Assembly: GCA_964016885.1 (NCBI GenBank)
Contig: OZ024742.1
Coordinates: forward strand, 335,544,001 to 335,608,000
Direction: 5' to 3'
DNA: 64,000 bases
DNA from: Eledone cirrhosa
Lineage: Eukaryota
The notes beneath the pieces were generated by a model that did no database searches, was not told the DNA's origin, and saw only the letters and a program-made list of their open reading frames with translations. The position numbers and the translations under genes were made by a program. Positions 15,701 through 28,872 of the stretch are shown here, piece after piece. Positions within the stretch are counted from its first letter, which is position 1. Every line of letters begins with the position of its first letter.

Positions 15701-16231
15701 TCTATCGACCAAGTTAAAACGGTCGAGTAACCCCTTGAGGCTGTTACACCCCTCTCTATTAGGACATGCTCCTGCATAGTCCCAACGTGCATCTAGGATG
15801 TCATTCCAGTCCCCCGCTAGAAGCAGGGAACGCGAAGTTCCCAGAAAAGGCTCCAAACGCTGGAAGAAGTCGGGTCGTTCAGCTCCGAAAGGGGAGTAGA
15901 CGGCGACCAGTGTCAAGGCCGCACCTCCACTACTGCCAACGTCTAGCACCAACAAACGACCTTCCGGGTCCGAGTGAACAACCTGTACGGCGAGACCCAG
16001 GTGTTTTTCCAGCAGTACGACAACCCCACCCCCACCTCCAGGTTGACAGAGAGATGCGTGCACCTCAAAGTCATCGAAGGTAGGGGCCAGCTGCTGCACG
16101 ACGCTGATCCGAGTCTCACAGATAACCATTACATTTATACCACGTGACCAGAGGTCATTTAGAAGCATTGCTTGCTTCCAAGTTGAGCCCAGGCCACGTG
16201 CATTCAAACATCCTACACTTAACACATCCAT
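12796..16231 (-). pseudogene. Tx1 ORF2: AP endonuclease, reverse transcriptase and CCHC zinc finger
   Basis: APE motifs: GCLNARGL, ICETR, AGDWN, SYLDR, YTDH. RT motifs: FRPITLLN, LDQSKAFDRVDH, RQGCPLSP, AYADDV. Zinc finger CPRC…HALVHC. In-frame stops at 15044 and 14069; frameshifts near 13190 and 13030. Confidence 0.92.
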
Positions 16232-16807
16232 GTGGGCGGCAAACCAAAGGAGAGTGTAGAGACCTACCTTTCTGCTTCCCGGAGTTCGGGTCGCACGACT
16301 TCCATGGGGTCGGGGGGTGTTGGGTGAAGGGGTGTCTTGTGGTGGTGTGGGGTCGTCAGTGTGTTGTGGGGTTGGGGTGTTTGGAGTTGTGTTGGGGAGG
16401 GGAAGGGGAGGTGGAAAGCTTTTTAGGAGGACGCGGTTTATGGGTTTGACAGAGGGTGGTCCTACGTCCACCTTAAAATCCTTTTTTAGTTTTTGGTAGA
16501 GGTTCATTGGGATCTTTATTAATTTTAAATGTGGGTAGTTTTCTGAAGAAACAAAGTTTACCCCTTCGGTTTGTACCGAAGGGTTATTGTTTATGAGTTC
16601 ATTTAATTTATTATTGTTTCTGTTGATGTAAGTATAGTGTAATGTCTTTTTTTCGGATGGTGTGAGTGTTTCGAAGAGGGGAGGGGTAGGTTTGGTTTTG
16701 TTTGTTGCTGGAGGGGTGTTTTGTGTTTTGTTGGATTGTGTTGACATTTGGGTAGGGACTGTTTGGCCTTGTGTGTTTTGCACATGTTTTCTTTTTTTCC
16801 TTTTAAT

Positions 16808-18176
16808 CTATCTGAAGGACTCCGTTTCTTCCTCCGAATTCGTTGGGTTATCTTCAGTGTTGGAGGGAAGAGGTATATTTGCTGGTAATGTTTCCGTGTT
16901 AGTTTTCTTTGTGGGGGAGATGGATGTCACTATGCTGGACTGTGTTGTGTGTTGTGGCTGCGGTGGTTGTGTTGTTTTATTGAGTGAGGGGTTGGGTGGG
17001 ACTGTGTTTTGTTTTGGGGTAATGTGTTGTGTCTGTTTGTGCTGTGGTGGTGGTGTAGTTTTACTGAGGGACGGGTTGGGTGGGACTGAGTTTTGTTGTT
17101 TGTTTATCTGTTGTGGTGGTGGTGGAGCTGGTGTTGGTAGCAGGGTTTTCTTCTTGTTGAGTTGGGGACAAGCCGCCTTCAGGTGCCCTCTGCCTGCACA
17201 GATATGACAGGACGACCTTCTCCCCTCCACGCCAATGTTTATATACCCGTGGCCCTCTAATAGGATTCTGTCGGGTATTTGGGCAATGCGTTCAGGCTTC
17301 ATTTGCATTACAAGTTCTATACATGTTCCACTGAACGCATTGCCTGTGGTTTTCCCAATGGAAATCACGTTGTCATTCGCTGGATCGATGAAGCCAACCA
17401 TGAGCCAGCAGTAGTCCATATCTGGCATCAGCGCATCCAGCCATATGCGCTGAGTTCTTTTACCCATATAAGATGGATAAAAGGTAAAATTTGTCGAACG
17501 AATCGGCGACAAAGCATATTTTTTTGCCGCCGATTCGTTGTTCATAATAATGGCTAGGCTTCCATACAGTCTGTCTCTTCTTATGAAAGTGGCTTCATTA
17601 AGTACTTCTCTAAGTACCGCTTTAATTTCTGCTTGTGTTGGTTGCTGTGGCTTTTTTGAGATGCTGTTGATGGTGCGGAAAACGAACGTCCGACTTTCAA
17701 TATCTTTGGTGAGTTCTTGGGGCATTTTTACTGACAAGGCTCCATTTTCCCCTTGAGTTATGAATTGTTTGGCGTTTTTTATTCTTTGTGCCACATCTGA
17801 AATATTTTCAGGTATGTATGTTAAAGATTTTTTTGTTGTTTGTGCAAATGAAATGTTATTGGTGTTGATTTTGTCGTCTGTTTTGCTTTCTGTTATGATG
17901 TTGCTGTTTTCAAATGTTATTTTTGTGTTTGTTGTTTCTTTGTTTGTGGTATTAATATTGTCATGCAATTATTTCATATTTTTTTTTGTTTTTGGAATCA
18001 ATCTCCAGACCTGTGTCCTCGTCGACATTTTTCTCCGCACATTCGTCTGTTTTTATTTTATTTTTTCTTTCCTTCTCTATGACGTTAGTTGGGAAGGAAG
18101 GGGAGACTAAAGCGTGCGAGCTTACAACTCTTACCGCTGTCCCCCCACCACTATTTTCGTTAGCTTCGTTTAACAT
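16808..18176 (-). pseudogene. Tx1 ORF1 (nucleic-acid-binding gag-like protein)
   Basis: ORF 16808-17968 contains the zinc knuckle CHICAGRGHLKAAC and a Pro/Thr-rich tail. The upstream piece 17961-18176 is joined by a frameshift near an A-run. Confidence 0.75.
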
Positions 18177-18403
18177 TTCTCCCAGACGATTGAAATTTTA
18201 TGCAACAAAATTTTTGAAAACAGGTTTTTCACCCCTGGGAGGGGCGAAAATGAGCTGACCCACCGCCTGACAGTTCAGACGGGGGGTCTAGCTAAACAAT
18301 AGTATCAAAATTAAAATTAAACTTACAAAATTTCCGCAATAAATTGGAACAAAACTTCTGCGCGGAGTGAATTACGTCTACGCTATCGAACAGACGACAG
18401 CTA

Positions 18404-18406
18404 GAT

Positions 18407-18504
<98 letters not shown>
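18404..18504. repeat. (GATA)n microsatellite
   Basis: Visible pure tetranucleotide run at the 5' end of the Tx1 element. Confidence 0.95.
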
Positions 18505-19133
18505 TGTGTCTGTAGGTGAAAGAAACGACAAAACGGATACTAAAAGTCTTATTAGTTTCACGCTTTATATGGAATGGGGGCAAGAAATTTCGACATTTTC
18601 TGCGTGTGTGTTTATTTTTTCACCAACAAATATCGTCTGTTTTCAATCAATTTTGTCAACTTTGATGGCGTTTTACTTTATCCATCTCTTCAAAGCAAAA
18701 TTAAACTCTGTTTTACGGTACACACACACGCAATCCAGCTTTGTAAAATACTGGGAACACCAGTGATATAATTTTTCTGGTGTCTTAGTCTATGTTAATA
18801 GAAGCAACGAAATCTCCCTCAAACAATATATTTTTATACATTTTCCTGTCTTAACTACATCACAACTTTCTCCGCTTGGCCTGTCCCCCCCCCCCCCTTT
18901 TGGAACTTTCCCCCGTTGATGGGCGTGAGCCCGAAATATTGGGATTAAATCTCCACTACGGTAACCCTTCTACCTTTGTTTTGTTTTCAACTTTGTCTCT
19001 CTCAATTTTCACTTTCACCTGTTTCTCCTATCTATCATTCACTTCCTACCTCGAGATTTCCCTCTGCATTGTTGTGGCTTTCTTAACTACGTATTTTACA
19101 CATTTCACAATGCTTCAAGCAAACTTTAACACC

Positions 19134-19216
<83 letters not shown>

Positions 19217-19328
19217 GAAACCTTCTAGCTTTAGGTTACTTTAGGTTACAAGGAAATGAAACTTGTGAAGTGTTCTTTTTAGATTATTATATTGAGATCT
19301 ACCAATTAGTAATTTTGTATAAGATGTA

Positions 19329-19367
<39 letters not shown>

Positions 19368-19388
19368 CCTCCCTCTCTCTCTCTCTCT

Positions 19389-19426
<38 letters not shown>

Positions 19427-19981
19427 TTCTCTTTATATATATACATATATATATGAGAAAAGTACAACCACCACCACCACTAGCACTAACACCACCGCTA
19501 CCACTAACATAATCACTAACAAAAACACAAACACATATTCAGGTCTTCTTCAAATCTACTTTAAGTTTATATATTACTTTCTAGCCCTGTAATCTACAAA
19601 CATTAATAAGTATCTCTATGAAATCTCAATAAAAAATATGAATTATTATGAAAGTTATGAAGAAAATAAATCATCTTTCCATATTGGAAACTCAGGTAAG
19701 TATCACGGTCAAAGGGAGGTAATTTAGAAAATGTTAACTACTTATTGGCGTCTAAATAGTTAACAAAAATGCTAGAAACGGCAGCCGAAAATTGTAATTT
19801 ATAATAAAAGAAAATGCTAGACATAACAGCCAAATCCCCTTCAAATCATACATCTTATTATATTTCAGAATGATACAAAGAGAACCAAAATCTCAATTTT
19901 GTTTATTTTAATGTTGAACGAAGTAAAAATATTTCAATATATCTTCAAGAAAACGTTATATACACACACACACACACATAC

Positions 19982-20120
<139 letters not shown>

Positions 20121-20426
20121 TGAAGGAAACGACAAAACGGATACAAAACGTCTTATTAGTTTCACGCTTTATATGGAATGGGGGCAAGAAATTTCGACAT
20201 TTTCTGCGTGTGTGTTTATTTTTTCACCAACAAATATCGTCTGTCTTCAATCAATTTTGTCAACTTTGATGGCGTCTTACTTTATCCATCTCTTCAAAGC
20301 AAAATTAAACTCTGTTTTACGGTACAGACACACGCAATCCAGCTTTGTAAAATACTGGGAAGAGCAGCGAAATAATTTTTTCTGGTGTCTTAGTCTATGT
20401 TAATAGTAGCAACGAAATCTCCCTCA

Positions 20427-20533
<107 letters not shown>

Positions 20534-20668
20534 AGTGAAACCTTCTAGCTTTAGGTTACTTAGCTAAGAACATATCCCAAGGAAATGAAGCTTGTGAAGT
20601 GTTCTTTTTAGATTATTTTATTGAGATCTACCAATTAGTGATTGTGTATAAGATGTACTCTCTCTCTC

Positions 20669-20703
<35 letters not shown>

Positions 20704-21217
20704 GAGAAAAGTACAACCACCACCACCACCACTAGCACTAACACCACCGCTACCACTAACATAATCACTAACAAAAACACAAACACATATTCAGGTCTTC
20801 TTGTATCTAATTTAAGTTTATATATTACTTTCTAGCCCTGTAATCTACACACATTAATAAGTATCTCTATGAAATGTCAATAAAAAATATGAATTATTAT
20901 GAAAGTTATGAAGAAGATAAATAATCTTTCCATATTGGAAACTGAGGTAAATATCACGGTCAAAGGGAGGTAATTTAGAAAATGTTAACACTACTTATTG
21001 GCGTCTAAATAGTTAACAAAAATGCTAGAGACGGCAGCCGAAAATTGTAATTTATATAAAAGAAAATGCTAGACACGACAGCCAAATCCCCTTCAAATCA
21101 TACATCTTATTATATTTCAGAATGATACAAAGAGACCCAAAATCTCCCTTTTGTTTATTTTAATGTTGAACGAAGTAAACATATTTCAATATATCTTCAA
21201 GAAAACGTTATATATAT

Positions 21218-21366
21218 ATTATTTCTGAAGACGGCATATATGTGTGTTTGGTATGTATATTTAATCTTGATAGTTTGTATAATTTTGTATAATTTTGTAC
21301 ATAGATCTGTTGAATATGCATGCCAATTCTAACACATATATATCCTAGAAACGATCGTTAAATAAT
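21218..21366 (+). ncRNA. Type I hammerhead ribozyme motif with long stem II insertion
   Basis: Stem I AUUAUUU/AAAUAAU; CUGAAGA at 21225; stem II GG…AUAUAUGUGU/ACACAUAUAU…CC enclosing ~85 nt; GAAA at 21348; palindromic CGAUCG; GUU cleavage triplet. Confidence 0.7.
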
Positions 21367-21435
21367 GAACTTTTTTTGTTTAATATAAGGAACTGTTTCA
21401 TTGTTTTATTCATTATTTTTTTAATATTTTTTTTA

Positions 21436-21517
<82 letters not shown>

Positions 21518-22158
21518 GTCCTTCATCAATGATCTTCCAGCCTTCATTGGTATTTCTTTGTTTTAAAGATCATATACCTATGGTTGGTGCGAGAAATGAC
21601 TAAAGAAAGTTATCTGAATTCATAGATGGGGCGAGATACAGACCATCCGACCTGGGTGAGATGTGAGCGAGAAAAGGATTTCACACAGGTCAAACGGGAG
21701 GAAGTGAGAGAGGGGGAGAAGCAGAGAGTGAGTGAGTGAAAGTGTGAGGAAGAGGCCAGCAGAGAGAGAGTGACTGGCAGAGGGGGTAAAAAGAAGACGA
21801 GAGATACAGAGAAAGGGGAAGCAGCAAGAAAGTAACAGACAGGTCGTAGAGGTGAAGGAAACGACAAAACGGATACAAAACGACCTATTAGTTTCACGCT
21901 TTATATGGAATGTGGGCAAGAAATTTCGACATTTTCTGCGTGTGTGTTTATTTTTTCACCAACAAATATCGTCTGTCTTCAATCAATTTTGTCAACTTTG
22001 ATGGCGTCTTACTTTATCCATCTCTTCAAAGAAAAATTAAACTCTGTTTTACGGTACACACACACGCAATCCAGCTTTGTAAAATACTGGGAAGACCAGC
22101 GAAATAATTTTTTCAGGTGTCTTAGTCTATGTTAATAGTAGCAACGAAATCTCCCTCA

Positions 22159-22271
<113 letters not shown>

Positions 22272-22405
22272 TGAAACCTTCTAGCTTTAGGTTACTTAGC
22301 TAAGAACATATCCCAAGGAAATGAAGCTTGTGAAATGTTCTTTTTAGATTATTTTATTGAGATCTACCAATTAGTGATTGTGTATGAGATGTACTCTCTC
22401 TCTCT

Positions 22406-22488
<83 letters not shown>

Positions 22489-22691
22489 GTACAACCACCA
22501 ATAGCACTAACACCACCGCTACCACTAACATAAACACTAACACAAACACTAACACATATTCTAGTCTTCTTCAAATCTACTTTAAGTTTATATATTACTT
22601 TCTAGCCCTGTAATCTACACACATTAATAAGTATCTCTATGAAATGTCAATAAAAATATGAATTATTATGAAAGTTATGAAGAAAATAAAT

Positions 22692-23022
22692 AATTGTTTC
22701 TACTTTTGGCACAAGGCCAGCAATTAACCAGTGCATTACTGGTACTTTATTTTATCGACCCCGTAAGGATGAAACGCAAAGTTAACCTCGGCGAGATTTG
22801 AACTTAGAATGGCAAGGGCCGTAACTGTATGCGTCAAAGCATGGCGTCCGACTCTCTACCGATACTGCCAATCCACCTAACAAATAATTGTTTCTACTTT
22901 TAGCACGAGGCCAGCAATTATACCAGTGCATTACTGGTACTTTATTTTATCGACCCCGTAAGGATGAAAGGCAAAGTTAACCTCGACTGGATTTGAACTC
23001 AGACCGTAAAGGGACCTAACTA
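22692..23022 (-). mobile_element. SINE, one full plus one partial tandem copy (tRNA-like head; conserved CTTTGCCTTTCATCCTTACGGGGTCGATAAA central domain)
   Basis: The same family occurs at 50743-50999 (+) and 56661-56844 (-). B-box-like GTTCAAATC is present. It interrupts the third copy of the segmental repeat. Confidence 0.8.
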
Positions 23023-23246
23023 TGCTACAATAATGTTTCCATATTGGAAACTCAGGTAAATATCACGGTCAAAGGGAGGTAATTTAAACATTTTTTTACA
23101 CTACTTATTGACATCTAAATAGTTTTAAAAAATGCTAGAAACAGCAGCCGAAAATTGAAATTATATAAAAGAAAATGCTAGACACAACAGCCAAATCCCC
23201 AGAATGATACAAAGAGAACCAAAATTTCCCTTTTGTTTATTTTAAT

Positions 23247-23293
<47 letters not shown>

Positions 23294-23558
23294 AAAATAC
23301 AACCACCACCACCACTAACACTAAAGTCTATATTTTGTTTATTTTAATGTTTATATATATAGGTGAAGGAAACGATAAAACAGATGCAAAAAGTCTTATT
23401 AGTTTCACGCTTTATATTGGAAAGTGGAAATGAAAGTTCGACATTTTATTGCGTGTTTATTTCTTCACCAGCAAATATTGTCTGTCTTCAATCAATTTTA
23501 TGGATCTAGCTGTCGAAACAGCCGGAGCTCAGCCGTGGGGGTTCTGAATCGTTTCATA

Positions 23559-23620
<62 letters not shown>

Positions 23621-23639
23621 CATACACACACTCACAAGT

Positions 23640-25198
<1,559 letters not shown>

Positions 25199-25621
25199 TT
25201 GTTGTGGTATATGTATAGCCAGTGCCTTCAGTTGTTCATTTTGGTGTCACACTTTTTAACTGTTGTGTTTACTCTGGATGGTAATGTATTAACATACCGC
25301 TATATTGAGTGCTTTGTGATTGCCTCAAACAACTCAATTAGTACCTGCTATATGGCAGCTACAACTTCAATTCATACCTAATATAATATATATATTATAC
25401 ATTTTTGATGATGATGATGATGATGATGATGTATGTATATAGATATTTACATAAATAAAATATATAAATATTTATCTTTTTCTTCTTCACCCTCTTATTC
25501 CTGTCAGAAGCAACTGTTTCCAACAGATTTGACTGGATCCCCAAGCGAGACAAGCTAAGTTCATGGATGTTATTCATTCATCTTGCTCAGGGTCTACCCC
25601 TGGGTCTCCTGCCGTTTGATT

Positions 25622-28600
25622 TTATGTTAATTTTAGTTTTAGTGTTAGTGTCCAGGTGAGTGTTAGTGTTAGTGTCCAGGTTAGTGTTAGTGTTAGTTTT
25701 CAGGTTAGTGTTAATGTTTACTTATAGTGTTAGTGTTTACTTTTAGTGTTAGAATTCAGATTAGTGTTAGTGTTGGTGTTATTGTTAATTTTAGTGTTAG
25801 TATTTGTGTTAGTATTTCTGTTTGTGTTAGTGTTAATGTTAACTTAGTTTTCTGGTTAGTGTTAGTTTTCAGGGTAGTGTTAGTTTTAGTATTACTGTTC
25901 AGGTTAATGTTAGTGTTACTTTTTGTATTATTGCTCAGGATAGTGTTAGTGTTAGTGTTAGTGTTTATGTTAGTGTTTTTGTTAGTGATTATGGCAGTTT
26001 TAGTGTTTGTGTTAGTGTTCAGGTTAATATTAGTGTCCAGGTTAGTGTTAGTGTTAGTTTTCAGATTAGTGTTAGTGTTAATGTTAACTTAGTTTTCTGG
26101 TTAGTGTTAGTTTTCTGGTTAGTGTTAGTTTTCAGGTTAGTGTTAGTTTTAGTATTACTATTCAGGTTAATGTTAGTGTTACTTTTTGTATTAGTGCTCA
26201 GGTTAGTGTTAGTGTTAGTGTTAGTGTTTATGGTAGTTTTAGTGTTAGTGTTAGTGTTCAAGTTAATATTAGTGTTAATATTAGTTTTAGTGTTAGTGTC
26301 CAGGTTAGTGTTAGTGTTAGTGTCCCGGTTAGTGTTAGTGTTAGTGTTTACTTTTAGTGTTAGAATTCATATTAGTGTTAGTGTTAGTGTTAATTTTAGT
26401 GTTAGTATTTCTGTTTGTGTTAGTGTTAACGTTAACTTAGTTTTCTGGTTAGTGTTAATTTTCTGGTTGGTGTTAGTTTTAGAATTACTGTTCAGGTTAA
26501 TGTTAGTTTTACTTTTTGTATTAGTGCTCAGGTTAGTGTTAGTGTTAGTGTTTGTGTTTATAGTAGTTTTAGTGTTAGTGTTCAGGTTAATATTAGTGTT
26601 AATTTTAGTTTTAGTGTTAGTGTCCAGGTTAGTTTTAGTGTTAGTGTCCAGGTTAGTGTTAGTGTTAGTGTCCAGCTTAGTGTTAGTTTTCAGGTTAGTG
26701 TTAGTGTTTACTTTTTGTGTTAGTGTTTACTTTTAGTGTTAGAATTCAGATTAGTGTTAGTGTTAGTGTTAATTTTAGTGTTAGTATTTCTGTTTGTGTT
26801 AGTGTTAATGTTAACTTAGTTTTCTGGTTAGTGTTAGTTTTCTGGTTAGTGTTAGTTTTAGTATTACTGTTCATGTTAATGTTAGTGTTACTTTTTGTAT
26901 TAGTGCTCAGGTTAGTGTTATTGTTAGTGTTTGGGTTAGTGTTTATGGTAGATTTAGTGTTAGTGTTAGTGTTTATGGTAGTTTTAGTGTTAGTGTTCAG
27001 GTTAATATTAGTGTTAATTTTAGTTTTAGAGTTAGTGTCCAGGTTAGTGTTAGTGTTAGTGTCCAGGTTAGTGTTAGTGTTAGTTTTCAGGTTAGTGTTA
27101 GTGTTTACTTTTAGTGTTAGAATTCAGATTAGTGTTAGTTTTCTGATTAGTGTTAGTTTTAGAATTACTGTTCAGGTTAATGTTAGTGTTACTTTTTGTA
27201 TTAGTGCTCAGGTTAGTGTTATTGTTAGTGTTTGGGTTAGTGTTTATGGTAGATTTAGTGTTAGTGTTAGTGTTTATGGTAGTTTTAGTGTTAGTGTTCA
27301 GGTTAATATTAGTGTTAATTTTAGTTTTAGTGTTAGTGTCTAGGTTAGTTTTAGTGTTAGTGTCCAGGTTAGTGTTAGTGTTAGTGTCCAGGTTAGTGTT
27401 AGTTTTCAGGTTAGTGTTAGTGTTTACTTTTAGTGTTAGTGTTTACTTTTAGTGTTAGTGTTTACTTTTAGTGTTAGAATTCAGATTAGTGTTAGTGTTA
27501 ATGTTAATTTTAGTGTTAGTATTTCTGTTTGTGTTAGTGTTAATGTTAACTTAGTTTTCTGGTTAGTGTTAGTTTTCTGGTTAGTGTTAGTTTTAGTATT
27601 ACTGTTCAGGTTAATGTTAGTGTTACTTTTTGTATTAGTGCTCAGGTTAGTGTTAGTGTTAGTGTTAGTGTTAGTATTAGTGTTAGTGTTTATGGTAGTT
27701 TTAGTGTTAGTGTTCAGGTTAATATTAGTGTTAATTTTAGTTTTAGAGTTAGTGTCAAGGTTAGTGTTAGTGTTAGTGTCCAGGTTAGTGTCAGTGTTAG
27801 TTTTCAGGTTAGTGTTAGTGTTTACTTTTAGTGTTAGAACTCAGATTAGTGTTAGTGTTAGTGTTAGTGTCAATTTTAGTGTTAGTATTTTTGTTTGTAT
27901 TAATGTTAACTTAGTTTTCTAGTTAGTGTTAGTTTTCCGCTTAGTGTTAGTTTTCAGCTTAGTGTTAGTTTTAGTATTACTGTTCAGGTTAATGTTAGTG
28001 TTACTTTTTGTATTAGTGCTCAGGTTAGTGTTAGTGTTAGTGTTTGTGTTAGTGTTTATGGTAGTTTTAGTGTTAGTGTTAGTGTTCAGGTTAATATTAG
28101 TGTTAATTTTAGTTTTAGTGTTAGTGTCCAGGTTAGTTTTCAGGTTAGCGTTAGTGTTTACTTTTAGTGTTAGAATTCAGATTAGTGTTAGTGTTAATGT
28201 TAATTTTAGTGTTAGTATTTCTGTTTGTGTTAGTATTAATGTTAACTTAGTTTTCTGGTTAGTGTTAGTTTTCAGGTTAGTGTTAGTTTTAGTATTACTG
28301 TTCAGGTTAATGTTAGTGTTACTTTTTGTATTAGTGCTCAGGTTAGTGTTAGTGTTTGTGTTAATGTTTATGGTAGTGTTAGTTTTATTGTTAGTGTTCT
28401 GGTTAGTGTTAGTTTTCTAGTTAGTGTTAGTGTTCAGGTTAATATTAGTGTAAATGTTAGTGTTAATTTTAGTTTTAGTGTTGGTGTCCAGGTTAGTGTT
28501 AGTGTTAGTTTTCAGGTTAGTGTTCGTGTTACTTTTAGTGTTAGAATTTAGATTAATGTTAGTGTTAATGTTAGTTCTAGTGTTAGTGTTAGTGTTAGTG

Positions 28601-28872
28601 TTAGTGTTAGTGTTAGTGTTAGTGTTAGTGTTCAGGTTAGTGTTAGTGTTTGTGTTAGTATTAGTGTTTGTTTTTGTGTTAATTTTAGTGTTAGTGTTTG
28701 TGTTAGTATTTCTGTTTGTGTTAGCGTTAGTGTTTGTGTTAGTGTTCAGCTTAATGTTAGTTTTAGTGATAGTGTTCAGGTTAGTGATAGTTATCAGGTT
28801 AGTGTTAGTTATCAGGTTAGTGTTAGTTATCAGGTTAGTGTTAGTGTTTAGTTCTAGTGTTAGAATTCAGGT
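25622..28872. repeat. (GTTAGT)n-derived complex satellite with ~340-380 bp higher-order units
   Basis: The hexamer TTAGTG dominates, with recurrent marker AGTGTTAGAATTCA. The LV-rich ORFs are artefacts. Confidence 0.9.

Larger units (their letters stand above)
12589..18400 (-). mobile_element. Tx1-clade (L1 superfamily) non-LTR retrotransposon, near full length, lightly decayed
   Basis: Gag-like ORF1 with a CCHC knuckle, then APE, RT and a C-terminal zinc finger. The 3' end abuts (TC)n and the 5' end abuts (TATC)n on the element strand. Confidence 0.9.
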
